A stretch of DNA of 64,000 nucleotides from an uncultured Methylomirabilota bacterium (GTDB taxonomy: Bacteria; Methylomirabilota; Methylomirabilia; Methylomirabilales; 2-02-FULL-66-22): the NCBI GenBank assembly GCA_963845565.1, contig CAWJSJ010000002.1, positions 160,001 through 224,000 on the forward strand, in the 5' to 3' direction. Every line of letters begins with the position of its first letter. Positions within the stretch are counted from its first letter, which is position 1. The notes under the pieces were generated by a model. The model made no database searches and was not told the DNA's origin. It saw only the letters and a program-made list of their open reading frames with translations. Positions 21,358-30,573 of this stretch are shown piece by piece. Made by a program: the position numbers and the translations under genes.

Positions 21358-22119
21358 TCACTCAGGAATTACGATCGTCTCGCCCGGCTTCGGAGCGTAC
21401 GGCTTCGGCCCTTCCAGGCTTTCCAGGATTGCGAAGAACTTCCGCACGTCCGCCGAGTCGGCAGGATCGAGGTAATGGCAGCAGATGGCGTGCTCGACCT
21501 TGAGCCATTGCGCCGCCAGCGCCCCTTCCTCGCCCGACATCTCGTTGCCGTAGAAGTCCATCATGCCGTTCTGCTCGTAGTATTCACGCGTCTGCATGGC
21601 GGCGCAGAACAACCCTACCGTGGGTTGATACAGCTCGCCGATCAGCTTCAGGTCGCTGAAGAGCGCCGTATCGCCGGAATGGTAGATCCGGCACCGATCG
21701 GAGGCGTACAGGATGAAGCCCATCGGGGCGCCCGAGAGCCATTTCCCGTCCGGCGCGAGACCGACCGAGGCGTGGAAGCTGGGCACCGCTCGCACCCGGA
21801 TGCCGTTCGGATTCGTCTGCGCGTTCCAGGTCAGGACGCGGAACTGCTTCGGGTCCACACCCTGGCACGTGAGGAAGTACTTGACCTCCGGCCCGCAGAC
21901 CACCGGGCAGCGGAACCGCTTCGCGACGTCGGCCGCCTCGCCGAGGTGATCGCCCGCCAGGTGCGTGACGAGGAGCAAGTCCACCCGCTCCAGATCCATG
22001 ACCCTGACCGAACTCACGGGATTGAGACGCTCGAGACAAGGATCGATCATCACAACGCGACCATCGGAAAGTGTGATCCGAAAGGCGCCGAGACCCAGGA
22101 ATTGAATCTGCGTGCTCAT
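21358..22119 (-). CDS. Metallo-beta-lactamase-fold metal-dependent hydrolase (UPF0173-like)
   Basis: MIDPC, VTHLAGDH, SFH, YHSGDT, CCHY. Confidence 0.82.
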   Translation of the reverse strand: MSTQIQFLGLGAFRITLSDGRVVMIDPCLERLNPVSSVRVMDLERVDLLLVTHLAGDHLGEAADVAKRFRCPVVCGPEVKYFLTCQGVDPKQFRVLTWNAQTNPNGIRVRAVPSFHASVGLAPDGKWLSGAPMGFILYASDRCRIYHSGDTALFSDLKLIGELYQPTVGLFCAAMQTREYYEQNGMMDFYGNEMSGEEGALAAQWLKVEHAICCHYLDPADSADVRKFFAILESLEGPKPYAPKPGETIVIPE

Positions 22120-22138
22120 GTCGTCTCCCGATTCGAGA

Positions 22139-22987
22139 TCATCGCTCGTGTCGTCTTGCGCAGGATCGGTCCGCGGCCCGACGCCCGAGTTCTTCCGACC
22201 CGCAACGGCGACGCCTTTCCCCTCCGGGGCATCGACACGCTTGGGAATCCGTCTCCGCGGCTTCCCCCGCCAGCACTCGCCGCATCGTCTGTTCGGCTTC
22301 GCGCAGATGGCCGGCCATCGCGGCCCGGGCCTTCTCGGAAGACCGGGCTCGAATCGCGTCGTAGACGTTCCGGTGATGGTGCAGTGCCTTCGCCTGGTAG
22401 TCGGGCAGTCGCACCCCGAGCAACCGTGCGCGCATGAGCACCTCGGAGATGGAACGCAACACAATGGGAAAGAGGGGATTCTTACTGGCGATCGCCACGC
22501 GATCGTGGAACTCGTAATCGATCTTCGCCCAGTCTCCTCGACTGCTTCCCGGCCGAGCCATCAGGCCGAGCAACCGCTCCAGTTCCGCCAGGTCATCGGG
22601 CCCGCGACGTTCCGCCGCCAGCCCGGACATCTCGATTTCCAGGATGCGACGCATTTCGAGGATGTGCCCAGACGTTACATCCCCCGTCTCCATATGCGAG
22701 ACGCAGATGCCGAGCAACTCGGAGACCAGATCGGTCGAGGGGGCCCGGACATATGCCCCGGCGCCGTCCCGAACCTCCACGAGTCCCTTCGTCGAGAGTG
22801 TGCGTAGCGCCTCGCGGATCACGGTCCGGCTGACACCCAGACGGCTGCCCAGTTCGCGTTCGGACGGAAGGCGGTCGCCAGGTTGGAATGTGCGGCGCGT
22901 GATGAGAGACTGCAATTGCTGGGTGGCGCGGTCCGCAAGCTTGGGCTCACGCACCAGCGGGGCGTAGGCATCGTCTCGACTGACCAT
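22139..22987 (-). CDS. FadR/GntR family transcriptional regulator
   Basis: GDRLPSEREL..LGVSRTVIREAL HTH and FCD domain (DYEFH..SKNP). The C-terminal tail is unusually long and may be an artefact. Confidence 0.9.
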   Translation of the reverse strand: MVSRDDAYAPLVREPKLADRATQQLQSLITRRTFQPGDRLPSERELGSRLGVSRTVIREALRTLSTKGLVEVRDGAGAYVRAPSTDLVSELLGICVSHMETGDVTSGHILEMRRILEIEMSGLAAERRGPDDLAELERLLGLMARPGSSRGDWAKIDYEFHDRVAIASKNPLFPIVLRSISEVLMRARLLGVRLPDYQAKALHHHRNVYDAIRARSSEKARAAMAGHLREAEQTMRRVLAGEAAETDSQACRCPGGERRRRCGSEELGRRAADRSCARRHER

Positions 22988-23008
22988 GGCGGGCCCCTTA
23001 GGATGGAT

Positions 23009-23054
23009 TGGTATGCTGGCATGCGGTATACCAGACATGACTTTCGCTTGTCAA
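23009..23054 (-). promoter_or_regulatory. Sigma70-like promoter overlapped by a GntR/FadR-type palindrome
   Basis: Minus strand TTGACA-N18-TATACC; palindromes GGTATACC and TGGTAT-N13-ATACCA lie over the -10. Confidence 0.55.
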
Positions 23055-23060
23055 CCTCCT

Positions 23061-23146
23061 TCGCCGGCTCATTTCTTCAGTGGCCAGACAATCTATGTGA
23101 ATGGCGGCTTCCTTGCCGGAAGCCATTGGAATGCGCCGCCAGGTAG
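23061..23146 (+). pseudogene. Remnant of an SDR oxidoreductase C-terminus
   Basis: SPAHFFSGQTIYVNGGFLAGSHW resembles the SDR C-terminal motif (S.FITGQ.I.VDGG); no N-terminal part is present. Confidence 0.5.
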
Positions 23147-23241
23147 CGGCCTGAGTACCTGTCAGAAGAAACATCTGCCCTGAGGGGTTGACCCTGCCGA
23201 TCGGGGCGTCTCGGCAAAACACTATATATTGCTCTTCTCCC

Positions 23242-24102
23242 CTATGCCGGTGCGCCTTGTCGGAGACGTAGCGCTGTCTCAATCTCGGCCACGGCTGTGT
23301 CGCGGATCTCCCGACTTATTGGGCTGGCATGCCACTCCATGACATGCTCCATGAAGGACACGCCCTTCCCTTTGACCGTTTTGCAGATGAGGACGGATGG
23401 TCGGCCTTTTGTCCCTCGGGCCCAGGCGAAGGCGTCCACGAGCGCCGCCACGTCATGGCCGTCAACTTCCCGCACGTTCCAGCCGAAGGCGGACCACTTG
23501 TCGGCATACGGCTCGACGTTCATCACGTCCTGCAGTTGGCCATCGACCTGTAGATTGTTCCGGTCCACGACCGCCGTGAGATTGTCCGAGTGGTAATGGG
23601 CGGCCGCCATCGCCGCCTCCCAGATCATACCTTCCTGCGTCTCCCCGTCCGAGAGTAGACAATACACCTGGAACCCCTTGCCCGCTTGTTTCGCCCCCAG
23701 GGCCATCCCCAGCGCCACCGAGAGCCCCTGGCCCAACGACCCGCTCGTCATATCGAGGCCCGGCGTCTTCCGGCAATCCGGATGCCCCTGGAGGATCGAC
23801 CCTAGATGGCGAAGCGTCCACAGGTGTTCGCGGGCAAAGTACCCGCGGCGGGCCAGGGCGGCGTATACCATGGGGGCCGCGTGGCCCTTGGAGAGCACCA
23901 AGCGATCCCGATCTTCCCAATCAGGCCGATTCGGGTCGAGGCGCATGGCGTGCCAGTACAACGCCACCACGATCTCGGCGATGGAGAAGGACCCGCCCGG
24001 ATGCCCGCTCCCCCCGTGGTAGATCATGTCAATCACGTCTCGCCGGAGTTCATAGGCAACGATATCGAGGTCCCGGACCTGCAATTTGCCATCTGTCGTC
24101 AT
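23242..24102 (-). CDS. Transketolase, N-terminal subunit, set 2
   Basis: GHPGGSFS, LSKGHA, LQGHP, GSLGQG, SDGETQEG...DRN, KTVKGKG. Confidence 0.93.
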   Translation of the reverse strand: MTTDGKLQVRDLDIVAYELRRDVIDMIYHGGSGHPGGSFSIAEIVVALYWHAMRLDPNRPDWEDRDRLVLSKGHAAPMVYAALARRGYFAREHLWTLRHLGSILQGHPDCRKTPGLDMTSGSLGQGLSVALGMALGAKQAGKGFQVYCLLSDGETQEGMIWEAAMAAAHYHSDNLTAVVDRNNLQVDGQLQDVMNVEPYADKWSAFGWNVREVDGHDVAALVDAFAWARGTKGRPSVLICKTVKGKGVSFMEHVMEWHASPISREIRDTAVAEIETALRLRQGAPA

Positions 24103-24136
24103 GCGCGCTCCATTCGAGTCACTGCGCGATGTGGCC

Positions 24137-25087
24137 CTACTGCTGGTTTGCCAAAGCACGGATCGCGTCGATAATGGCCGGCCGGCCGACTCCATACTTA
24201 TTGCGGACACTCTCGCTCGGTCCCGATTCGGTATAGACATCCCGGATCCCCAGGGCATGGAATCGCGTCATGACGCCTGCGGTGAGAAGTGCGTCACTGG
24301 AAGCCGAGCCGAGTCCACCTATCACGCTGTGGTCCTCGACGGTGACGAGTCGTCCGGTCTTCCGAACGGAGGCGCAGAGGAGGTCGGCATCCAGTGGTTT
24401 CAGCGTCGGAAACTCCAGTACCTCCACGGACAGCCCTTCCGCCTGCCATGGCGTCTGCGGCGGCCAAGGCGCGATGCACGGCGAGACCGTAAGCCGCGAC
24501 CGTCACATCCGATCCCCTCACGCAGCCGATACCCCCGGCCGATGACGAACTTCATCGTCTCGACGTGGACGCAGGGCACGTTCTCATACTCCAGCCGAAT
24601 ATAGATCGGCCCCGCATGCTGCACCGCCGCTCGCAACATCTTCCGCGTCAGCACGGCATCGGAGGGGCTCATCACCACTAGGTTGGCGAAGCTCCGCATG
24701 ATGGCAATGTCCTCGAGCGATTGGTGGGTGGCGCCATCCTTCCCGTTGCTGAGCCCTGCATATCCTCCGATGATCTTCACATTGAACCGCGGGTAGCAGA
24801 TCGATGTGCGGATCGGCTCCGCAGCACGCAACGAGGCGAAGATGGCGAACGTGACGGCGACCGGGACGCGTCCGGCCGCGGCGAGGCCGGCCGCGATCCC
24901 GAACAGGTTTTGCTCGGCGACGCCGACGTCGTAGAAGCGGCCCGGGAAGGCGTCGCGGAAGCGCCGCGTCCGCGAGGTCCGCGATACGTCGGCGTCCAAG
25001 ACGACCAACCGCCCTTCCTCTGGGCGCAAGCGCGATCAGTTCGTCAATCAGCGCTTCGCGCGGATCGGTGAGTTGTGACGAGGTCAC
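24137..25087 (-). pseudogene. Transketolase C-terminal subunit, set 2, broken by about 3 frameshifts (possibly assembly indels)
   Basis: Pieces in different frames: DPREALIDEL / LDADV..VGVAEQN..GATHQ..GPIYIR / GSDVTV / LKPLD..TVEDH..GGLG; GAGGAGG RBS before GTG 25087. Confidence 0.85.
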
Positions 25088-25107
25088 GAGTCCTCCTCGG
25101 GGCGAGC

Positions 25108-26389
25108 CTAAAAGTAGCTGAAGATTAGGTTCGGGAGCCATGTCACGAGCGCCGGGATGTAGGTGATGAGACCGAGGACCCCGAGGAGCGCGATGAAGAA
25201 CGGGATGCTCTCCCTGATGTACTCCTCCACCGAGATCTTCGCGATCGCGCACGACCACGAACATGCACATGCCCACCGGGGGCGTGAGGAGCCCGATCAT
25301 CAGGTTGAGCACGAAGACCACGCCGAAGTGGACCGGGTCGATATGGAAGGCCTTGATCAACGGGATGAGGATGGGCGTGGACAGCACGATGATGGCCGTG
25401 GTTTCCATCACGCATCCCAGGATCAGAAAGGCGATATTCAAGATGAGAAGGAGCACCACCGGACTCGAGGTCACATTGCTCAGCGCCCGGAAGATCGCGT
25501 CCGGGATTTTCTCGGCCGCGATCACCCACCGCAGGGGCGACGTGGCGGCGATGATCAACATAACCACCGCCGTGCTCATGGCCGTTTGCGCGAAGATCCC
25601 CGGCAGCATCCGCAGGGTGAGCGTCCGGTAGATGAAGAGTCCGAGGATCAAAGCGTAGACCGCGGCCACGCCCGCGGCCTCCGTCGGCGTGAAGATCCCA
25701 CCGATGATCCCGCCCATAATGATGACCGGCAGGACGAGCGCCGTGGCTGACTCCCGGAAACTTTGCCCGAACTCCCCCCACGTCGCTTTCTGGTCCCGCG
25801 GCAGGCGCCGGCGTCTCGCCAGGATGGAAATCGCGACCATGAGGAACGCCGCCATGAACAGCGCCGGCACCGCACCGCCCAGGAAGAGCTTCCCGACCGA
25901 CACGTTCGCCATGCCGCCGAAGATGACCATGGGGATGCTCGGCGGGAAGATGGGCCCGATCGTCGCCGATGCGGCGGTGATGGCCGCGGCAAACTTCGCC
26001 GTGTACCCCTGCTTCTGCATGGCAGGAATCTGGACGGCCCCGAGGCCCGTGGCGTCGGCCACGGCGGAGCCCGACATGCCGGCCATGATCAGGTTGGAGA
26101 TCACGTTGACGTGCGCGAGCCCCCCCGCGATATGGCCGACCAGGGCACGTGTGAACCGAAAGAGGCGGTCGGTGACGCCCGCCTCATTCATGAGACCGCC
26201 CGCCAGCATGAACAGGGGAACTGCCAGGAGGACGAAGGACTGGATCCCCCCGACGAACATCTGAGGGATCATATCCAGCGAATTGCCCATGAGGACCATG
26301 ACGATGCAGGAGGTGACCAGCAGCGCGAAGGCCAGCGGGACGTTGGCCGCCACCAAGACCGCGAGCACGAGGCCCAGGATCGTGGTCAT
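25108..26389 (-). CDS. dctM: TRAP large permease DctM (system 3), frameshift near 25250
   Basis: LAVPLF, GMSGSAVAD, FPPSIP, FTPTEA, TPPVG; the last helix (ESIPFFIALL...WLPNLIF) is in another frame. Confidence 0.9.
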
Positions 26390-26886
26390 TGGGCCGCCCC
26401 CTCCGGCGGGCGGCCGGGCGTCCGGCGCCACGGCCGCTCCTCCCACAGCGCCAGCAGCGTGTAGCACCCCATGAACAAGGCCGACACGGGGACCGCCGCG
26501 TAGAAGTATGCCTGGGACACCACCATCGCCCCCGTGCGGGATGGGGCGATCGCCAGGGTATAGCGCATGCCAATCACGAACAGGACCGCGAACAACCCGA
26601 GCAGGAGAACGTTTGTGCCGAACTCCAGCCACCCCCTGACCCCGTCCGGAAGCAGGCGGACGAGAAGCTCGATCCGGATGTTCGCCTTCTTGGAGATGGC
26701 GTAACTACCCGCCAGGAAGGACATCCAGACCAGTCCCATGGTACCCAGCTCGCCGCTCCACGGGAGGGAACTCCGCAGGATGAAACGGAAGACCACCTCG
26801 AGGGCCACCGAGGACACGATCACCGTGAGAGTGAGGCCGCTCAGAACATAGAGCACTTTGTCCATGATGCGCCGCGCTGCGATCAT
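26386..26886 (-). CDS. dctQ: TRAP small permease DctQ (system 3)
   Basis: WSGELG, NIRIELL, TM segments. Confidence 0.87.
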   Translation of the reverse strand: MIAARRIMDKVLYVLSGLTLTVIVSSVALEVVFRFILRSSLPWSGELGTMGLVWMSFLAGSYAISKKANIRIELLVRLLPDGVRGWLEFGTNVLLLGLFAVLFVIGMRYTLAIAPSRTGAMVVSQAYFYAAVPVSALFMGCYTLLALWEERPWRRTPGRPPEGAAQ

Positions 26887-26900
26887 GCTTTCCTCGCCTC

Positions 26901-26934
26901 CCCCGCTACGCCCCCGGGTGGGGGCGTAGCGGGG
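26901..26934. terminator. GC-rich stem-loop between dctP and dctQ (system 3)
   Basis: CCCCGCTACGCCCCC-gggt-GGGGGCGTAGCGGGG. Confidence 0.6.
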
Positions 26935-26946
26935 TCGGGACCAGGG

Positions 26947-27936
26947 CTATTTCACGGCTACGATCTTCTCGTAGAGGCCGGGGCTCCAGAGCGCTTCCAG
27001 CTCCTTCATGTATTTCTTGGCGTTCTCGCGGAAGAGCGGCACGTTAGGCTCGATGATCTTCATCCCAAGCTTGATGAACTTCTCTTTGGCCTTCTCGTCC
27101 GCCTCCAGCTGAAGCTTGTTGTTATACTCCCGGGCCTCCTTCACGGCGCTCACGATGATCGTTTGATAGTTCGCGGGCAGGCTGTCGAAGAACTTGGCGT
27201 TGATACCAACGATCTGGGACTGGTAGATGTGGCCAGTCAGCATGACGAATTTCTGGACCTCGTAGTACTTCTTGGAGTCGATCGTGCCCAGGGCGTTCTC
27301 TTGCCCCTCGGCGACCCCCTGCTGGAGGGCCATGTAGAGTTCCGCGAAGTCCACCGGCACGGGGTTCGCGCCCAAGCTCTTCACCGCCGCCAGATAGATC
27401 GGCGCCTGCGGCGCGCGGATCTTCACCCCTTTCAGATCGTCCGGCTTCGTTACCGACAGGCTCTTGGTGGTCAGATGCCGCGGGCCGTTGATCCACAGGG
27501 AATCGAGCATTTTGACGCCGTTGCTCGCGAGGAGCTTGTCACCCAACTCCTTCCCGACGGGCCCTTCCATGGTCTTCTGCAGATGTGCGTAATCCCGCCA
27601 GATGTAGGGACACAGCATGACCTGGAAGTCCTTGACGTAGTTCCCCAGGTTGCCGGGCGACACGATGAACATCTGCATGGTGCCGCCCTGGGTGAGCGAG
27701 ACCATCTCCGGCTCGGTGCCGAGCTGCTGGGCCGGGAAGTGGTCTACCTGGATCTCGCCGTTGGATTTGGCTTTCACGATCTCGGCGAACTTGTTCCCCG
27801 CCAGCGTGTGGTAGTGATCCGGCTCGTTCGGCACTGCCGATCTTGATGGTGTACTTGGCCGTCCCGGCCGAGGCGCTCCAGGGCAGCAGGAGCAGGGCAC
27901 AGACACGAGAGTGGTCAGGATTCCCCAGCGCTTCAT
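26947..27936 (-). CDS. dctP: TRAP substrate-binding protein DctP (system 3); two compensating indels in the signal-peptide region
   Basis: FPAQQLG, NGPRH, DLKGVKIR, LQQGVAEGQEN. An alternative frame at ~27845-27900 reads CALLLLPWSASAGTAKYTIKIG. Confidence 0.9.
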   Translation of the reverse strand: MKRWGILTTLVSVPCSCCPGAPRPGRPSTPSRSAVPNEPDHYHTLAGNKFAEIVKAKSNGEIQVDHFPAQQLGTEPEMVSLTQGGTMQMFIVSPGNLGNYVKDFQVMLCPYIWRDYAHLQKTMEGPVGKELGDKLLASNGVKMLDSLWINGPRHLTTKSLSVTKPDDLKGVKIRAPQAPIYLAAVKSLGANPVPVDFAELYMALQQGVAEGQENALGTIDSKKYYEVQKFVMLTGHIYQSQIVGINAKFFDSLPANYQTIIVSAVKEAREYNNKLQLEADEKAKEKFIKLGMKIIEPNVPLFRENAKKYMKELEALWSPGLYEKIVAVK

Positions 27937-28037
27937 GGCTCGACGCTCCTTTCCGAGAGAGTGACGGGTTGAAACAGGACCGTGTCGAAGAGTGTTCCAG
28001 GCATGGTGCGCTACCGGCATCCGCGCCTCCGGCGGCG

Positions 28038-29132
28038 TCACTTCGTGCCGACCGACGGCTCAGGAATTCCTCGCGCGTCTACGCCCACCCGAGCCGCCAT
28101 GGCCCGGATGCCGCGCAGCGTTTCCGCATTGAGCGGAACCCCCTCCGCGCGGTACCGCCGCTCGGTGTCGGCTTCCAACTCGCCGGGCGAGTACACGCGG
28201 TCTGACCCCGGCGCGGGCCGACTCGTGCGGATCTGGCGGACGACGGCATCCACGCGCTGCTTGAAGAGCGCGGGATCGAGGAAAGGGCGGACATTCAGCG
28301 CCAGAAAGAAGTGCCCGTCGGCCCCGGGTTTTGGGCCGTCCACCATGTTCCCGAGCGCCGTACCGAAGCTCGCCCCGGCTAACAGGGTGGAGAGCACACC
28401 CATGATGATCGCCAAGCCTGTCCCTTTGTAGCCGCCGATGGGCTGTAGGAGGCCGTCTAAAGCCGCTCCCGCGTCCGTGGTGGGATGGCCGGCCGCATCG
28501 AAGGCCCATCCCGCGGGAATCGGGAACGCTTTCTGATGGTAGACCCGGATCTTACCGTGGGAGGAGGCGCTGAACGCCGCGTCGAAGACGATGGGCGGCT
28601 CCGCCGCCGCGGGGATGGCGATCCCGAGGGGGTTGATCCCGAGAATCTTGTCGATCCCCCCCCAGGGGGCCATGGTCGGCAAGGCGTTCGTCGTCGCGAC
28701 CCCGATCATGTCCTCGGGCAGCGCCATCATCGCGTAGTACGCCATTGCCCCGGAGTGGTTGCTGCCCCGGACCACCGCAACCGACACGGCCGCCTCTTTC
28801 GCCTTGGCGATCGCGGCCCGCATGGCGAAGGCGGAGCCGATCTGGCCCATGCTGTTGCCGCCGTCCACGACGAGCGCCCCACCTGTTTCCGACACGATCT
28901 GCGGACGGCCCCGGGGATTCACGCCGTCATCGAGGAGCTTCCCGACGTAATCCGGGACCCGCAGCACGCCGTGGGAGTGCACGCCCCGGAGATCCGCAGC
29001 CACCAAGGTGTCGGCCAGGAGCGCGGCATCGGAAGCGCCCATTCCGCATGCCGCGAAGATGTCCCGGCAGACGGTGTGGAGCACCCCATAGGAAAGCCTT
29101 GTTTCCGTTTCACTTCCGGGATAGCTCGCCAT
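28038..29132 (-). CDS. Ldh_2 family (malate/L-lactate/sulfolactate-type) oxidoreductase
   Basis: ADLRGVHSHG, VDGGNSMGQ, SNHSG, GINP, GGYKG. Confidence 0.92.
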   Translation of the reverse strand: MASYPGSETETRLSYGVLHTVCRDIFAACGMGASDAALLADTLVAADLRGVHSHGVLRVPDYVGKLLDDGVNPRGRPQIVSETGGALVVDGGNSMGQIGSAFAMRAAIAKAKEAAVSVAVVRGSNHSGAMAYYAMMALPEDMIGVATTNALPTMAPWGGIDKILGINPLGIAIPAAAEPPIVFDAAFSASSHGKIRVYHQKAFPIPAGWAFDAAGHPTTDAGAALDGLLQPIGGYKGTGLAIIMGVLSTLLAGASFGTALGNMVDGPKPGADGHFFLALNVRPFLDPALFKQRVDAVVRQIRTSRPAPGSDRVYSPGELEADTERRYRAEGVPLNAETLRGIRAMAARVGVDARGIPEPSVGTK

Positions 29133-29305
29133 GTGCGTCCTCGCTATGACGACGGTGAACCGTCGGATATGATGAAAAAGGAACGAGCAAAATGGCGCGC
29201 AAGTGGCGCGGAGGCCCTAGGCGGGAGGGGATGCGGATTCGAACTGAAGCGTCCATGCGGGCGTTCTCGTCGAACCGTACGTTTCTTCTCTTGTGTAGTC
29301 CTATT

Positions 29306-29320
29306 ATCATATAGTATGAT
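29306..29320. promoter_or_regulatory. Palindromic operator candidate between divergent genes
   Basis: ATCATA-tag-TATGAT in the AT-rich divergent region next to a FadR-family gene. Confidence 0.5.
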
Positions 29321-29356
29321 GAATCACAAGATAGAAAAAATAGAAAGGCCAGACCG

Positions 29357-30109
29357 ATGGATCAAGCGCCAGGCCTTCACCTGCAAGAGAATGGTGGGCG
29401 CCGCCTTAATCTTCACGCTCAGGTTGTCCGGGAACTCGGCCTCCGCATCCTGGCCGGAACGTTTCGCCCTGGAGATGTCCTCCCGAACGAAAACGACCTT
29501 GGGCGTGAACTAGGTGTCAGCCGGTCCATCCTTCGCGAGGCGATAAAATCCCTTGCCGCCAAGGGCCTCGTCGCATCGCGAACACGCGTGGGAACCCACG
29601 TTCGGGAACCACAGCATTGGAACCTGCTCGACGTGGATGTCCTTAGTTGGCGGTACGCCACGATGCCCCGGATGGCGTTCTTCCGGGACCTGTTCGCCGT
29701 CCGCCGTGTCGTCGAACCCGCGGCGGCCGAACTCGCGGCTGAAAAGGCGGAGCCCACCGATCTAGAAGCGATCGAGACCGCCTGCACCGCCATGGAGCAG
29801 GCGGACCCTACGTCTCAGGCGGCCATCGAAGCCGATGTCGCCTTTCACCGCGCAATCCTCACCGCCTGCCACAGCGATCTGCTCCTCCAGTTGGGCACAC
29901 TCATCGGAATTGGCCTCGTGACGAGCTTTCGGATTTCCACGCGGTTCTATCCGGTCTCTCTACCTCACCATCGACCAGTATTGAACGCCATTCGCAACCG
30001 GCGTCCTGCCGACGCGCGTGCGGCCCTGCAGACGCTCCTAACTGAGACGTTCGGGGACATCGAGCGCGAACTCGTGGAATCTTCTGCCGCGCTACCGGGA
30101 CAACCGTAA
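29357..30109 (+). CDS. FadR/GntR family regulator (DgoR-like)
   Basis: LPNENDL..LGVSRSILREAIKSL, WNLLD.DVLSW, DVAFH. Confidence 0.92.
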   Translation: MDQAPGLHLQENGGRRLNLHAQVVRELGLRILAGTFRPGDVLPNENDLGRELGVSRSILREAIKSLAAKGLVASRTRVGTHVREPQHWNLLDVDVLSWRYATMPRMAFFRDLFAVRRVVEPAAAELAAEKAEPTDLEAIETACTAMEQADPTSQAAIEADVAFHRAILTACHSDLLLQLGTLIGIGLVTSFRISTRFYPVSLPHHRPVLNAIRNRRPADARAALQTLLTETFGDIERELVESSAALPGQP

Positions 30110-30573
30110 CTCCCTGGTTTTCTGGAAGACGCCGTGCCGTTGTTACTCGCGCGGCAGTCCCCCGCGTCGCGTCATTCGGTTCCTGGCCAGAATCCGCTCA
30201 TCACGCCACGCCCGGTTGCGGAACTTCGGTAGCACTGCGCTCAAACAGCGATGTCGAGGGGGCGCCGATCAACAATCGGTGATCGGCGGCGAAGAGAATA
30301 TGCTTCTTCACTGCGTGGTGCGGGCCAGAAACAGTCTTCCATAGCGGAGCGGACACTCGGGCGTGATTCCTGCGGACCGCAGGCGCGTCCTCCCCCTTTT
30401 GGGCGTCATGAGGGATTCTCGTGCTGGCACGCGCTTGCCAAGCTGGCTCGCGACCGGAGTGTGGAGCCTTCAGCTCTCGCCCGCAATCAGCCGCGCGCAT
30501 GTCCGTGTGGCGCCAGCGCCCACTGTACCCGCGGGCTGGCCGCAATGGGGCGACAGCCTCGCGCCGTGCGGGC

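Noticed and set aside
24584..26632. 682-aa ORF as a DctM fusion
   Set aside because: Artefact of a frameshift near 25250 plus upstream off-frame sequence.
30201..30345. Minus-strand KKHILFAADHRLL resembling a response-regulator receiver start
   Set aside because: Too short and lacks the acidic pair and the rest of the domain; could be chance.
30425..30440. TGGCACGCGCTTGC as a sigma54 promoter
   Set aside because: GG-to-GC spacing is 9 nt rather than the required 10, and there is no convincing downstream gene.
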